Source: a virus. From it: a stretch of DNA of 64,000 bases. The notes beneath the pieces were generated by a model. That model was not told the origin of the DNA. It ran no database searches and was given only the letters and a program-made list of their open reading frames with translations. The position numbers were made by a program, and so were the translations under genes. The first letter of the stretch is position 1, and the number at the start of each line of letters is the position of its first letter. Below are positions 1 through 8,903 of the stretch, piece by piece. The stretch is taken from positions 1 through 64,000 of IMG/VR virus record IMGVR_UViG_3300037262_000003; one strand, 5' to 3'.

Positions 1-32
1 GTGCTTGGTTCGTGCTTGGTTCGTGCTTGGTT
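1..32. repeat. Tandem 11-bp repeat GTGCTTGGTTC (about 2.9 copies, probably cut by the window edge)
   Basis: Copies at 1-11, 12-22 and 23-32 are directly visible. Confidence 0.9.
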
Positions 33-63
33 TGTTGATGTTCAATCTACATCATGTGGAGCT

Positions 64-148
64 GCCCGTCAAGTGGGTACACGCCCAATTTATGGTTTCC
101 GCAACTGCCGTCCCATGTCTGTGGTTAACGTGTACCCGCTTGGCGGGC
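64..148 (-). ncRNA. Putative structured small RNA closed by a 20-bp inverted repeat
   Basis: 64-83 pairs with 129-148 (18/20 Watson-Crick); begins about 3 nt after the predicted TSS of promoter 158-186; no convincing ORF. Confidence 0.4.
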
Positions 149-157
149 CATGCCATC

Positions 158-186
158 AATCTACATGGCATGACCCACCGTGTCAA
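158..186 (-). promoter_or_regulatory. SigA-like promoter TTGACA-N17-TAGATT
   Basis: -35 immediately follows the TAG stop of ORF 187..627; -10 lies in the loop of a 15-bp inverted repeat (142-179). Confidence 0.85.
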
Positions 187-627
187 CTACTCGTCGTCGT
201 CCTCGTCCAGCAGTTCGGAAATGCTCTCACCGTCCGCCAGCAGTTCAAGGGCTTCCGTGACTTCTTCGACAGTCCGCTCGGGAGCGAACAGCCAATCCCC
301 TTCCTCGCTGGTCAGCCCGAGCTGCTCCCGAGCGTACGTGTCCACGATGACCTCATGACCGTCGCCGAAGATCACCCGGTCATATCGCCAATCATACTTG
401 TCATTCTTGTGCAGAGTCAAGAGCACGACGTTGCCCGCGACACATGCCGTGGTACCGCAGACGTTCTTCTCGAACACCGTCCGGAGCTGCCCGGCAGTCT
501 GGATGTAGTCGTCCCCGTCATTGAAATACGGGCGGGAGAACCAGCTTCCCTGGTCGTAGTGCTTGCCCGCCTTGACGATCTCAAGAGTCGTGGCCGCTAC
601 CTTGCGCTTGCCAGTGATGCGACGCAT
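187..627 (-). CDS. Hypothetical early protein (CGTTACVAG motif, acidic C-terminus)
   Basis: ORF with GGAGG RBS downstream of promoter 660-688. Confidence 0.8.
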   Translation of the reverse strand: MRRITGKRKVAATTLEIVKAGKHYDQGSWFSRPYFNDGDDYIQTAGQLRTVFEKNVCGTTACVAGNVVLLTLHKNDKYDWRYDRVIFGDGHEVIVDTYAREQLGLTSEEGDWLFAPERTVEEVTEALELLADGESISELLDEDDDE

Positions 628-728
628 GTTGCCTCCATGTTGTTTCTTGCGATGGCTTCACAGTATCAGGGCATACGCCCGATGTCAAATCCTCTCATGA
701 CATCGGGCACGAGCCTCATACGATGATG

Positions 729-944
729 CTAGAACGGGGGTTCGTCGTCATAATCCCCGTTGTCGAAGCCGTAGCCGTCCTCCGGGTCGTCCTCGTCATC
801 GGGAACATCGTCCCACATGTCCCGGTCGTCGTCAACCGACTCCATGTCGATTTCATCGGCACCGAGCCAGTAGCCCTCACTGCCGACAGGGTAGAGATCG
901 TCGTAACGATCCTCATACGCTGCCTCAAGGTACTCGTCTTCCAC
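729..944 (-). CDS. Highly acidic 71-aa protein ending in DDEPPF (candidate SSB C-terminal tip mimic / DNA mimic)
   Basis: GGAGG RBS, GTG start; about 31/71 residues D/E; C-terminus ...GDYDDEPPF. Confidence 0.75.
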   Translation of the reverse strand: MEDEYLEAAYEDRYDDLYPVGSEGYWLGADEIDMESVDDDRDMWDDVPDDEDDPEDGYGFDNGDYDDEPPF

Positions 945-1141
945 AGTTCCTCCTATGAGTTAGACGTACTGCTGGTCAAGGATGAACACCATCGTGCCAC
1001 CCCGACCACACTTCACACTGTAATGCACGTCACGGTGCTTGTCAAGCCACCGCGTCATGCGCGCCAGGTCTGACTTGTTCATGATCTCTACGCTCATGAC
1101 ACCATCCTATGCCCGTTGGGTTAGGTTGTCAATTCGGTGAG

Positions 1142-1348
1142 TTACTGAATGACCATGACCTTCTGCTGAGAACTGTACCGCACCGTCAGATGCGTGTCAA
1201 CAGGCTTGTCGTTGACGTTCACGTACGCACCATCGTACGGACTCGACAGGTCATTGATCTGGAAGTCGAATCCCAGATTCCAGTCGGCCAGAACGGCTTT
1301 CTTGGACTTGTAGTCACGCCCGTAGGCCGGTACCACCGTGAGATACAT
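1142..1348 (-). CDS. Hypothetical protein (PAYGRDYKSKK motif)
   Basis: GGAGG RBS before ATG 1348. Confidence 0.75.
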   Translation of the reverse strand: MYLTVVPAYGRDYKSKKAVLADWNLGFDFQINDLSSPYDGAYVNVNDKPVDTHLTVRYSSQQKVMVIQ

Positions 1349-1376
1349 CTTGCCTCCATTTAGTTCTTTTGTCAAA

Positions 1377-1430
1377 AGCCGGGTGAGGGATTCGAACCCC
1401 CGTGCGCGCTGCACCAACCTGCTACCCGAC
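1377..1430 (-). ncRNA. 54-nt mini tRNA-like RNA lacking an anticodon arm
   Basis: Acceptor GTCGGGT/ACCCGGC, T-arm GGGGG-TTCGAAT-CCCTC, only 22 nt between them; 5' end coincides with the predicted TSS of promoter 1438-1466. Confidence 0.7.
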
Positions 1431-1437
1431 GATACAT

Positions 1438-1466
1438 ACTCTACATCTTGCGCACATTTCTGTCAA
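1438..1466 (-). promoter_or_regulatory. SigA-like promoter TTGACA-N17-TAGAGT driving the mini-tRNA
   Basis: Consensus hexamers, 17-nt spacer. Confidence 0.85.
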
Positions 1467-1728
1467 TACAGGTCGAACATAACCAGGACGAGCTGACCCA
1501 GGATGGTGAGCACGAACACGATGAAGATGAAGATCAGCACGACCATGAACAGCAGGATGCGGACGGGCGGAAGAATGATCTGGAACAGGATAAGAGCCAG
1601 GCGATAGGCGACGTCATCCACGGTGCTTGCCCGTGGGCTTGATCTTCACACCCAGCCAGCGCAGGAGGTTGAACCTGCGTCGTGGCCTGCTACCGTATCG
1701 TAGCTCAGCCATGATCATGTTGTCAATC

Positions 1729-2064
1729 TCAGTCATTGTCGATCAGCCCGATTCGTCGGTCGATGTACTCATTGCAGAGGTAGGCGAGTGCAGCCCGAAC
1801 GTTGTTACCATGCTCCTTGATCTTCATGGTCACGGTAGAGATTGACCACCACGTCCAGGTAGCGGTGTCATCCTTGAGTGTGTTCGTGGTCCAGGCGAGA
1901 GTGCCTGCGTCCTCATCTCGAATGTACACGCAGATCATCGGCGTGTCAAACGGAACGACCCTGAATGTGATAGGAAGTCCCCAACTCGCAGACTCCAGGT
2001 CGTAGACGATCTTGTTCATCTCTTCCTGGTTACGCCCGAGCTTTTCGATTGCCTCCGTGCTCAT
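1729..2064 (-). CDS. Hypothetical early protein
   Basis: GGAGG RBS, downstream of promoter 2094-2122. Confidence 0.75.
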   Translation of the reverse strand: MSTEAIEKLGRNQEEMNKIVYDLESASWGLPITFRVVPFDTPMICVYIRDEDAGTLAWTTNTLKDDTATWTWWSISTVTMKIKEHGNNVRAALAYLCNEYIDRRIGLIDND

Positions 2065-2117
2065 GTGCCCTCCAGCATGTGTCGATGAGCTAAAGCTTAC
2101 CGTGTTGCGTGTTCCGC

Positions 2118-2173
2118 GTCAAGTGATCAGGGTTGGGGTTCACGATTACGCGGCCCAACCCCTATCACCTGAC
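2118..2173 (-). ncRNA. Putative 56-nt hairpin small RNA
   Basis: About 20-bp stem with two G-U wobbles on the - strand; starts at the predicted TSS of promoter 2181-2210; no ORF. Confidence 0.45.
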
Positions 2174-2210
2174 ACGACACAGCTTACATGTCGTGTTCAG
2201 GTTTTGTCAA

Positions 2211-2474
2211 CTACAGGCCGACGACGACTTCCTCGGCAAACTGCGCCACCAGGGTGGCCACGGCCGCCTCGAACGGGTACACGTTGGCGAACCTCTTGAG
2301 GGTCACCAGCGGGGTGTCACCGGGCTCGTAGACGATCGGGAGCCGCAGCTCATCGGTCACAAGCGCCAGTGACAGCGTAGCCGCCCACCCCGACACGGTG
2401 GTGTCGAGAAGGCTGATCAGCTCGTCCACGTCGGACTGCTCAAGGCCCTGCCAGGTAACGGGGGTCTCGGTCAT
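2211..2474 (-). CDS. Hypothetical early protein
   Basis: GGAGG RBS before ATG 2474; promoter 2503-2531. Confidence 0.7.
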   Translation of the reverse strand: MTETPVTWQGLEQSDVDELISLLDTTVSGWAATLSLALVTDELRLPIVYEPGDTPLVTLKRFANVYPFEAAVATLVAQFAEEVVVGL

Positions 2475-2534
2475 TTTGTGCCTCCATGTTGTGATTGGTT
2501 GAAGCTTACCCTGCAATGTGCTGTGTGTCAAGAC

Positions 2535-2750
2535 TTAGCGAACGTCGAAACAACCTTTACTAACGTTCGCCATGGCTTCCCGAAACAGTTCGGGCGACTT
2601 GAGTGCCATGTACGCGATGACCTCTTCGAGATTGCAGAGGCACATTCCCTCAAGTGCCGCACCGGCACCTTCGACGTACTCTTCGATGTCTGCGAACGTT
2701 GTCCCGTTCCCATCACCGTTCTCATTGAAGCCGGTGAGCTGCTCACCCAT
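2535..2750 (-). CDS. Hypothetical acidic protein
   Basis: AGGAGG RBS 6 nt before ATG. Confidence 0.7.
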   Translation of the reverse strand: MGEQLTGFNENGDGNGTTFADIEEYVEGAGAALEGMCLCNLEEVIAYMALKSPELFREAMANVSKGCFDVR

Positions 2751-2779
2751 AATTTACCTCCTGGTTGGGTTCATGTCAA

Positions 2780-2887
2780 GTCATGACTGCCCAACACATA
2801 CGGATCACCAGGAATTCCACCTGCGTGTTTCTTATTAATTATCCGTAGTGTCGCCAACTTAATGCTGCTACGTTGGGCAGTCGTGAC
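2780..2887 (-). ncRNA. Putative 108-nt structured small RNA
   Basis: 16-bp closing stem 2780-2795/2872-2887 plus an inner TACGGAT/ATCCGTA helix; intergenic, just downstream of promoter 2900-2928. Confidence 0.5.
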
Positions 2888-2930
2888 CTGACACGACTCA
2901 ATCTAGCAGTCGTGTCAGAGCCTGTCAAGC

Positions 2931-3269
2931 TTATTCCTTGGGCTGAATGCCCTGCTCGGCCGCCCGCTGGTCCCGGATCTCTGCGTGAGTCCCGAAGAAG
3001 CGGAGGTGATAGAGCGCGTGGTCCACAAGCTCTGATTCAGTTTTGGGAACCACGATCTCAAGAGATCCGTACTGCTTGTAGACCTGACCCTTGAGAAAGG
3101 TGGCCAGCTCACCGAACTTGGACAGGGCACCACCTGTGAGCATGTCAGCGGTCAGAGTCGCGACCGTGTTGTGCTTGTCCTGAACATTCATGGCCTCAAC
3201 AGCGGCCTTGATGTCATCCTCGGTGAACTGGATCTTGTAGACCTCAGTGTTGTCGTACGTGTTCGCCAT
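2931..3269 (-). CDS. Hypothetical early protein
   Basis: GGAGG RBS; promoter 3290-3319. Confidence 0.8.
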   Translation of the reverse strand: MANTYDNTEVYKIQFTEDDIKAAVEAMNVQDKHNTVATLTADMLTGGALSKFGELATFLKGQVYKQYGSLEIVVPKTESELVDHALYHLRFFGTHAEIRDQRAAEQGIQPKE

Positions 3270-3287
3270 GTGAACCTCCGTTGTTGG

Positions 3288-3470
3288 CTAATCTACAGGG
3301 GTGCGGGGGTCAACGTCAAGTCCCATCGAGTCGGCCAGCATAACTAGATCAGTGGCTATCTCCTTGATGAGACCTAGCACGTCGATGATCAGCCGCACAT
3401 CCTGCGTCCTGACTACATCCTCGCTTATTTCAGCGAGGTTGTCAAGTATGGACTGGATAAGAGCTTCCAT
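3288..3470 (-). CDS. Hypothetical protein
   Basis: Start overlaps the upstream stop (TGATG coupling). Confidence 0.6.
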   Translation of the reverse strand: MEALIQSILDNLAEISEDVVRTQDVRLIIDVLGLIKEIATDLVMLADSMGLDVDPRTPVD

Positions 3471-3730
3471 CAGACTCGCCTGATGCCCGAAGGGGTGATG
3501 ATGATCTCACGACCGTAGAGGCACGTAGGAGTAGCAGTCACATTCACGGCCTCCACGTACTCCCAGCCGTGCTGACCGGGGCGACAGGTAGTTGTGTCCA
3601 CCTTGATTTCACCCGTAGTGATCAGTGCCGCCTTAGACCAGTTGGATGCGTCCTTCCACTTGACAGGACCACCGCTAGCCACGGCGTCAGCGATGATGGC
3701 TTTCTCGTCTGCGTTGAACTTTTTCCTCAT
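3470..3730 (-). CDS. Hypothetical protein, probably leaderless
   Basis: ATG 6 nt after the -10 of promoter 3737-3765. Confidence 0.7.
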   Translation of the reverse strand: MRKKFNADEKAIIADAVASGGPVKWKDASNWSKAALITTGEIKVDTTTCRPGQHGWEYVEAVNVTATPTCLYGREIIITPSGIRRV

Positions 3731-3739
3731 GGCCACATC

Positions 3740-4228
3740 CTATGTGCTTGGCGCAGAGTTGTCAAACAACTCTGTCATGCTCTCGATGACACCTTCTGGC
3801 AGCTCACGCACCAGCCATGAGTGACCCCACTTGTAGCCCGTGACCGGGCAGGCAGGAGAGTACAGGCCAGCGTCGTTGCGCTGATGATCACAGGCGGCGT
3901 TCATGTCATTGAGATGCCAGTTCTCCCAGTGGCTGGCAAGCCTGTGTACCTTGGTACGATTCCATCGTGGCGCATACGACACCATGTTGTCAAGTGCCTC
4001 ACGGCACTGACCACCAATGATGTAGTCAGTCTTGGAACGATTCCAGACAGCTCCAGAGATACTAAGGCGAGTCACAGTCTCGATCTTACGGTGATCCGTG
4101 GTCTCGAACGTCAGACCCTCACGCGGGACAGAAGTCTCTATCTTGGCGTTGATGACCAGCTCAGCGCTGTTCTTGTATCCGGCGTACTCGCCCGAAACGC
4201 GACCCAGAACGTATTCGTGGACGTACAT
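3740..4228 (-). CDS. Hypothetical protein (WHLNDM...C motif)
   Basis: AGGAGG RBS before ATG 4228. Confidence 0.8.
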   Translation of the reverse strand: MYVHEYVLGRVSGEYAGYKNSAELVINAKIETSVPREGLTFETTDHRKIETVTRLSISGAVWNRSKTDYIIGGQCREALDNMVSYAPRWNRTKVHRLASHWENWHLNDMNAACDHQRNDAGLYSPACPVTGYKWGHSWLVRELPEGVIESMTELFDNSAPST

Positions 4229-4440
4229 GTTGCCTCCTACGATCGGTGTGCGTTGACGTATGTGCAGTTGCACTTGTAGTGCAGAGCGTACCATCGTGCG
4301 ATGGCTGCGTCAACACTATCCATGTTCCACGTGATGTTCGTCAGCCCGTCATCGAAATGACTATCAACGTAAGTCACCTTGATTCGCATGATTGCCTCCA
4401 TGTGGTTGTGGCCCGAGCTTATCACCCGGACCACGACCTG

Positions 4441-4986
4441 TCAACGTGCCCTAGACCATATCCAGAGTATGGCCTGAAACGCGCTTGGCACAAGACCCAC
4501 GTTCGCCGCTGCCTTTTGATAGGCAAGCACGAAATCACCGTATTGCTTGAGTGTGACCGTGGGTGAGCCGTTGTCCCAATCCAATGTTGCCGCACGGATG
4601 GCGTGTCTGTCAATAGTCACGTAATCCGGGTCGAAGGGGTTCCAGATATTCATGAAGAAGTGGCCCGTCTTGCGGGCCATGGGCAGGACAGTCCGGGGAT
4701 CAGCTCCTGCGTAGATAGCCCTGGCCTTATCCAGAGCGTTACCGACGTGACCGGCAAAGATGCCATTGCAGGCATCAACAGCGAGTCTGCGGTTGATATC
4801 CCACGCCTTGTTGGCACTCAGGCAGGCCAGCATCCCAGCGCCCATCATGACGTTACCATTACCGATCACGTCAGCAAAATCATGAGCTTGCGGGTACCAG
4901 TTCAGGCCCTTGTACCTCTGAATAGGCGTGGTCATGTAGAAACCGTCTAGGAGATTCTTCTCCATTTGTTCCACGGATAGTCTCAT
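4441..4986 (-). CDS. Phage HhH-glycosylase-like protein
   Basis: WY..AH, LSA..W..N, K...F..NI, VTIDRH, QAILW motifs resemble the helix-hairpin-helix base-excision fold; own promoter 5013-5041. Confidence 0.55.
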   Translation of the reverse strand: MRLSVEQMEKNLLDGFYMTTPIQRYKGLNWYPQAHDFADVIGNGNVMMGAGMLACLSANKAWDINRRLAVDACNGIFAGHVGNALDKARAIYAGADPRTVLPMARKTGHFFMNIWNPFDPDYVTIDRHAIRAATLDWDNGSPTVTLKQYGDFVLAYQKAAANVGLVPSAFQAILWIWSRAR

Positions 4987-5062
4987 CGTGCCCTCCTTGC
5001 GTCTGTGATTACAGACTACGCAGTGTTCGGTGTCTTGTCAACACCGAACACCACATACTCAC

Positions 5063-5449
5063 CTAATCACGGGAGTAGTAAGACACACCGTCGTAGCTCC
5101 ATTCCGTGTAGTCACGAGACATGGTGTCTGCCCACTTCTCGTAGTCGAAGTGGTCGATGATTACCTCATCGGCACCGTGCAGGACACACTCGTCGGCGTA
5201 CTCACGGGTGTAGTCCTCCCAGTGACTTTCAGAGATGAAATCATCGCCGTAGCGGGTGTATTCGTGCATCTGTCGGAGCTGAGTCACAAGCTCCTGGTCG
5301 TAGTCCTCGTACTCGTCTAGGTACGCGGCCCGATCCTCGTCGGTGTAGTCCGTGTCGTCAGAATCACGCTTGAGCCCGTCGTAGTAGTCGAGAAATTCCT
5401 CGATCTCTGCCCTGGAGATAACACTAGCGTGATTGATCTCGTAAGTCAA
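5063..5449 (-). CDS. Acidic ArdA C-terminus-like antirestriction / DNA mimic candidate
   Basis: Very D/E/Y-rich; HFDYEKWA...DY....DG..YY pattern. Confidence 0.5.
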   Translation of the reverse strand: MTYEINHASVISRAEIEEFLDYYDGLKRDSDDTDYTDEDRAAYLDEYEDYDQELVTQLRQMHEYTRYGDDFISESHWEDYTREYADECVLHGADEVIIDHFDYEKWADTMSRDYTEWSYDGVSYYSRD

Positions 5450-5659
5450 CTTGCCTCCGTGTGTGTGACTTTGGACTCTGTTATGTCGAATGAATCTGAG
5501 TCATACCCAATGTTATAGATTTCATCGCACTCGGCAACCTTGTTGGCTGCCCAGAGCATGTCGTCCACCGGGAACTTGGTCTCATCGTATTCGATCCTGA
5601 TTTGGATGTCAACCCGCTTCACTTGGCACCGTCTGTTTGGCAGGGAGTCTCGACCGCCA

Positions 5660-6091
5660 CTAGGAGATGCGCCAGTCGATGTCAGTGTTAGTAACCACCG
5701 ACTCGTAACCGTCGTACTCTTCGATCTTGTACAGAGTCCCAGCGGGCAGCCAGTGGATAGCCAGGTCATCCCCGTGAGAACTGTCGTACTGGAAGACCTT
5801 ACGGGCCTTAAAGCTGATGTCAGCCTCTTCCCCGTACCTCATGAACTTCAGCGTAGCCGCTGCGCCCGTCAGAGTCAAGACCGCGACTCGTGCGTCGGTG
5901 GGATCGATGTCCTTGTTGTACGCCGTCCAGCCCCCACCGTAGCCCGGCGAGTACACGACCGCAACCTCATGGAGATCGTTGTAAATCTTCCCGTTCTCCA
6001 CGGTGTACGTCACGTCATCGTAGTCGAACGTGACCTTACCGGTGAACTGCGGTGACCAGTTCTGAATGGCTGGCAGGTTGTCGTTACTCAT
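5660..6091 (-). CDS. Hypothetical phage protein (SPGYGGGW...IEEYDGYESV)
   Basis: GGAGG RBS before ATG 6091. Confidence 0.75.
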   Translation of the reverse strand: MSNDNLPAIQNWSPQFTGKVTFDYDDVTYTVENGKIYNDLHEVAVVYSPGYGGGWTAYNKDIDPTDARVAVLTLTGAAATLKFMRYGEEADISFKARKVFQYDSSHGDDLAIHWLPAGTLYKIEEYDGYESVVTNTDIDWRIS

Positions 6092-6260
6092 TGGATACCT
6101 CCACGTTGTGTGCGTCTCGCGTCTGATACTCGTGAATGAGGTTACCGAAACGGTCCTCACTCACTGATTGCCCGCAGGCTGTGCAGTACATGTCCATGTT
6201 TCCTCCTGAGCACAACCTACACCTAAGCGCCCGCCATGTCAACGGGCGCAAAGGTCTGTG

Positions 6261-8317
6261 TCAGATCACAGAGAAAAGCGAGTCATTGGCACCCAGAACA
6301 CGGATGTCACACGGATGCCAGACCTCGGAGCCCCTGTAGTCCGTGCTCTGACCCATGCGCACAGCGTAGTTCCAAGCCGAGACCGATGTGCCTGTGATGA
6401 CCACCGTATCAAACCCTGATCCGTTTGTCATCTTGATCTCGTAGTCAGCAGAGACCTCAGCGATCACGTACTCGACGCGTCGGGCCTTGCGTCCCTGCTT
6501 GGTGTAGTTCTTGCGTCCCATTTACTTCCCTCCGCGTGCCTCGCCGTTACCGACGACCACACCTTATCTTCGGCTACCTCGACAGCCAAGCCGGGGTAGT
6601 GTTGCGCTATCTCACGAGCCAGGGCTAGTGCAGCATGGTATGTGTTACCACCCTTGCTGTCCTTGTCCTCGACCCTGACTCGTACCAAGTAAACACTAGG
6701 AACGTATGTGATGTCAACCTCCTACAAGTCCTGTGCGCCCCAGCTAGGCAGGAACTTGGTCCTGTCTTCCGGGTCATCGAAGAGTCTTTCACCATCAAGC
6801 TCGTAGACCTCTACGGCTTCACAGTCACGGTCGCGTGGTTCACGATCGATACGTGACCAGGCGTCAGCAGGATCTAGGAAGATTCCTAGGGGCTGGTCGC
6901 CTTCCCACCGATTACCGATGGTTGCGAGATAGACCTTCACGAGTCCTCCTCGTAGTTCTCACTTAGGTGCCCGTTGTAGTATTTGCGTACGAGTGTCTTG
7001 TCGTGGAAGACCCAGACCTCTGTGTCCAGGTACTGCCCGACGCTTGCCCTCTTGGCTTCAAGGTACGCCATCTCTTTGTCAGAGTCAAGGAACTGCGCGC
7101 CGGTCTCAGCTACGCGGTACATCACGAATCCAGGTAAAGCATGACCACGCAGGAATTTGCGGGTTCGCTGAACACATGGCCCAGCTTACTCGGTACCTTC
7201 ACGATTGGCAAGCGGGAACCAAACTCTGGTTCCCTCTCTTCATACGCGAATGAGCCTATCGTGCCGTAGTAAGCCCATTCGAACGGGCCACCTTCCCAGG
7301 CTATGCCCCAGTGTCCCCGGCCGTCGTAGTTCTCGATGGCCTTGGGTGCATTGTATCCTGCATCGATCCAATCTCCAAATCGGATCTTGATCAGCTCGAT
7401 GTAGAGTCTGGCGTCGTTCTCTGTGATTGTACTTCGCATGTTTCCTCCTAGGTCAACCCTAGACGACGCTTGTCGTTGTCGTCAAGTGGCCAGTTGAATG
7501 CGAACCTGAATTCCAAGTAAGCGATAGTGACACAGACCTTGCAGTAATTGACCTGGCCCGGCTCAACCGGACCCTTGCAGTTCGGGCGCATAATGCCTCC
7601 TATGTGAGTGTGGGGCGTATGACCGCCCCACACCCTGAACGCTACTTGCGCTTGACCGGAATGTCAAGAGGACGAGGCTCGAAGCCATTGTCCGTCATGA
7701 ACTTGTCCAGGTCGTTGTACGCCCGGATCTTACGGGCTCGCGTGTACGGAGCAGAGACATGCGTGATGCGCATCTCCACGAGAATCGGGATAATCGTCTT
7801 GGCGTTGACACGCCTTGAAGCGATCATGCCTGAGTTGCTGCGAAGCTCCAGACCCATAGCAGCGCGGAACTGAATCAACGCAGCGCCCGGAATCTGCGGG
7901 CCGTCGATTGCAAAGCCATTGCCTTCTGACATGTGAACCTCCTTGTTGACACCGTAGGATCGAATACTCACAGGTCAAGCACGACCTTCTTGGCGGCGGT
8001 AAGAAGTGCAGCCGCATCAAGCACAGCCTCCTGACGCTTCTCAGGGTCGTCGCTGTTGAGATCATGGACTGATGCATCGAACAGTGAAACCCTCATGGTC
8101 AAGGCTTCCATTGGGTCCATTTCCATTATTCCTCCGATTCATATGCCAGGATTGACGCCCTGACACCCGCGTTGGGCTCACACCTAGCGTGGCCGTTCCA
8201 GAACTGCCAGCCCTCGGGGGAGTGGAGTACTACCCACTCTCGCTCCCCGAGAACCACAGTATACCTACGCCCGGCAGATGTCAACTCCACAGACTCAACC
8301 TGCCAGCGCGACGGCAT
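6261..8317 (-). other. Run of small hypothetical early ORFs (6261-6521, 6722-6940, 6937-7125, 7122-7439, 7642-7932, 8126-8317 and others)
   Basis: Tightly packed co-oriented ORFs with GGAGG RBSs or overlapping start/stop codons. Confidence 0.65.
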
Positions 8318-8318
8318 G

Positions 8319-8666
8319 TTACCTCCAGTTGACGCGAGTGTAGCTCAGGCGCTGGATGTGCTTGCAGTTCGTGCCGTCCAGAGACCTGCGGTGAACCCAG
8401 TCGGGGCAGGAGCAAGTCCATGTCCCGTCCTCGAACTCGACCACAGAGTACACCGTTAGGCGAGTATCCGAATCGACCTGGTAGATCTTGGTGATGCCGA
8501 TGTTATGACGCCCGAACTCAGCAATGTTGTTGCTCAGCTTGAGCAGGACATCGGCGTCATCTTCAACGTCGTCGTCCAGAAGATCGATCAGTGACCAGAG
8601 CTGTGCCAGTGTGAGCGTCTGCGGCTTGACGAACGTCACAGTCTTGGCATCGGTATCGAGAATCAT
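8319..8666 (-). CDS. SWIM zinc-finger protein
   Basis: WTCSCPDW...CKH (CxC...CxH) motif. Confidence 0.75.
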   Translation of the reverse strand: MILDTDAKTVTFVKPQTLTLAQLWSLIDLLDDDVEDDADVLLKLSNNIAEFGRHNIGITKIYQVDSDTRLTVYSVVEFEDGTWTCSCPDWVHRRSLDGTNCKHIQRLSYTRVNWR

Positions 8667-8903
8667 TATGCCTCCAGTTCGTATCTAATACCAGAACTGC
8701 CCGAATAGCAGTTCAGGCTGATTCCACCAGCGTTCCCGTGCCCGGTGTCTGTCAATCAGCTCACCGGGCAGGTCACGCAACCTCAGCTTCCTAGAGCTTA
8801 CACGGTGACCGCACAGAACGCAACGCGTCGTTCCGTTTATGACCGTCACATGCCTTCCGTGCGATTCACACATGTTAACCCTCCTGGGTTTATCGTCTTG
8901 ATA

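Larger units (their letters stand above)
44..6242 (-). promoter_or_regulatory. Array of about 15 SigA/sigma70-like early promoters (TTGACA/G-N17-18-TANNNT)
   Basis: Spans from -10 to -35: 44-72, 158-186, 660-688, 1104-1132, 1438-1466, 2094-2122, 2181-2210, 2503-2531, 2751-2779 (doubtful), 2900-2928, 3290-3319, 3737-3765, 4416-4444, 5013-5041, 6214-6242; all on the - strand, mostly at gene boundaries. Confidence 0.85.

Noticed and set aside
1-32. Tandem repeat as a CRISPR array
   Set aside because: 11-bp units with no spacers; no cas operon.
2751-2779. Promoter TTGACA-N17-TAAATT as the driver of ORF 2535..2750
   Set aside because: The -10 abuts the ATG, so transcription would start inside the ORF; kept only as doubtful.
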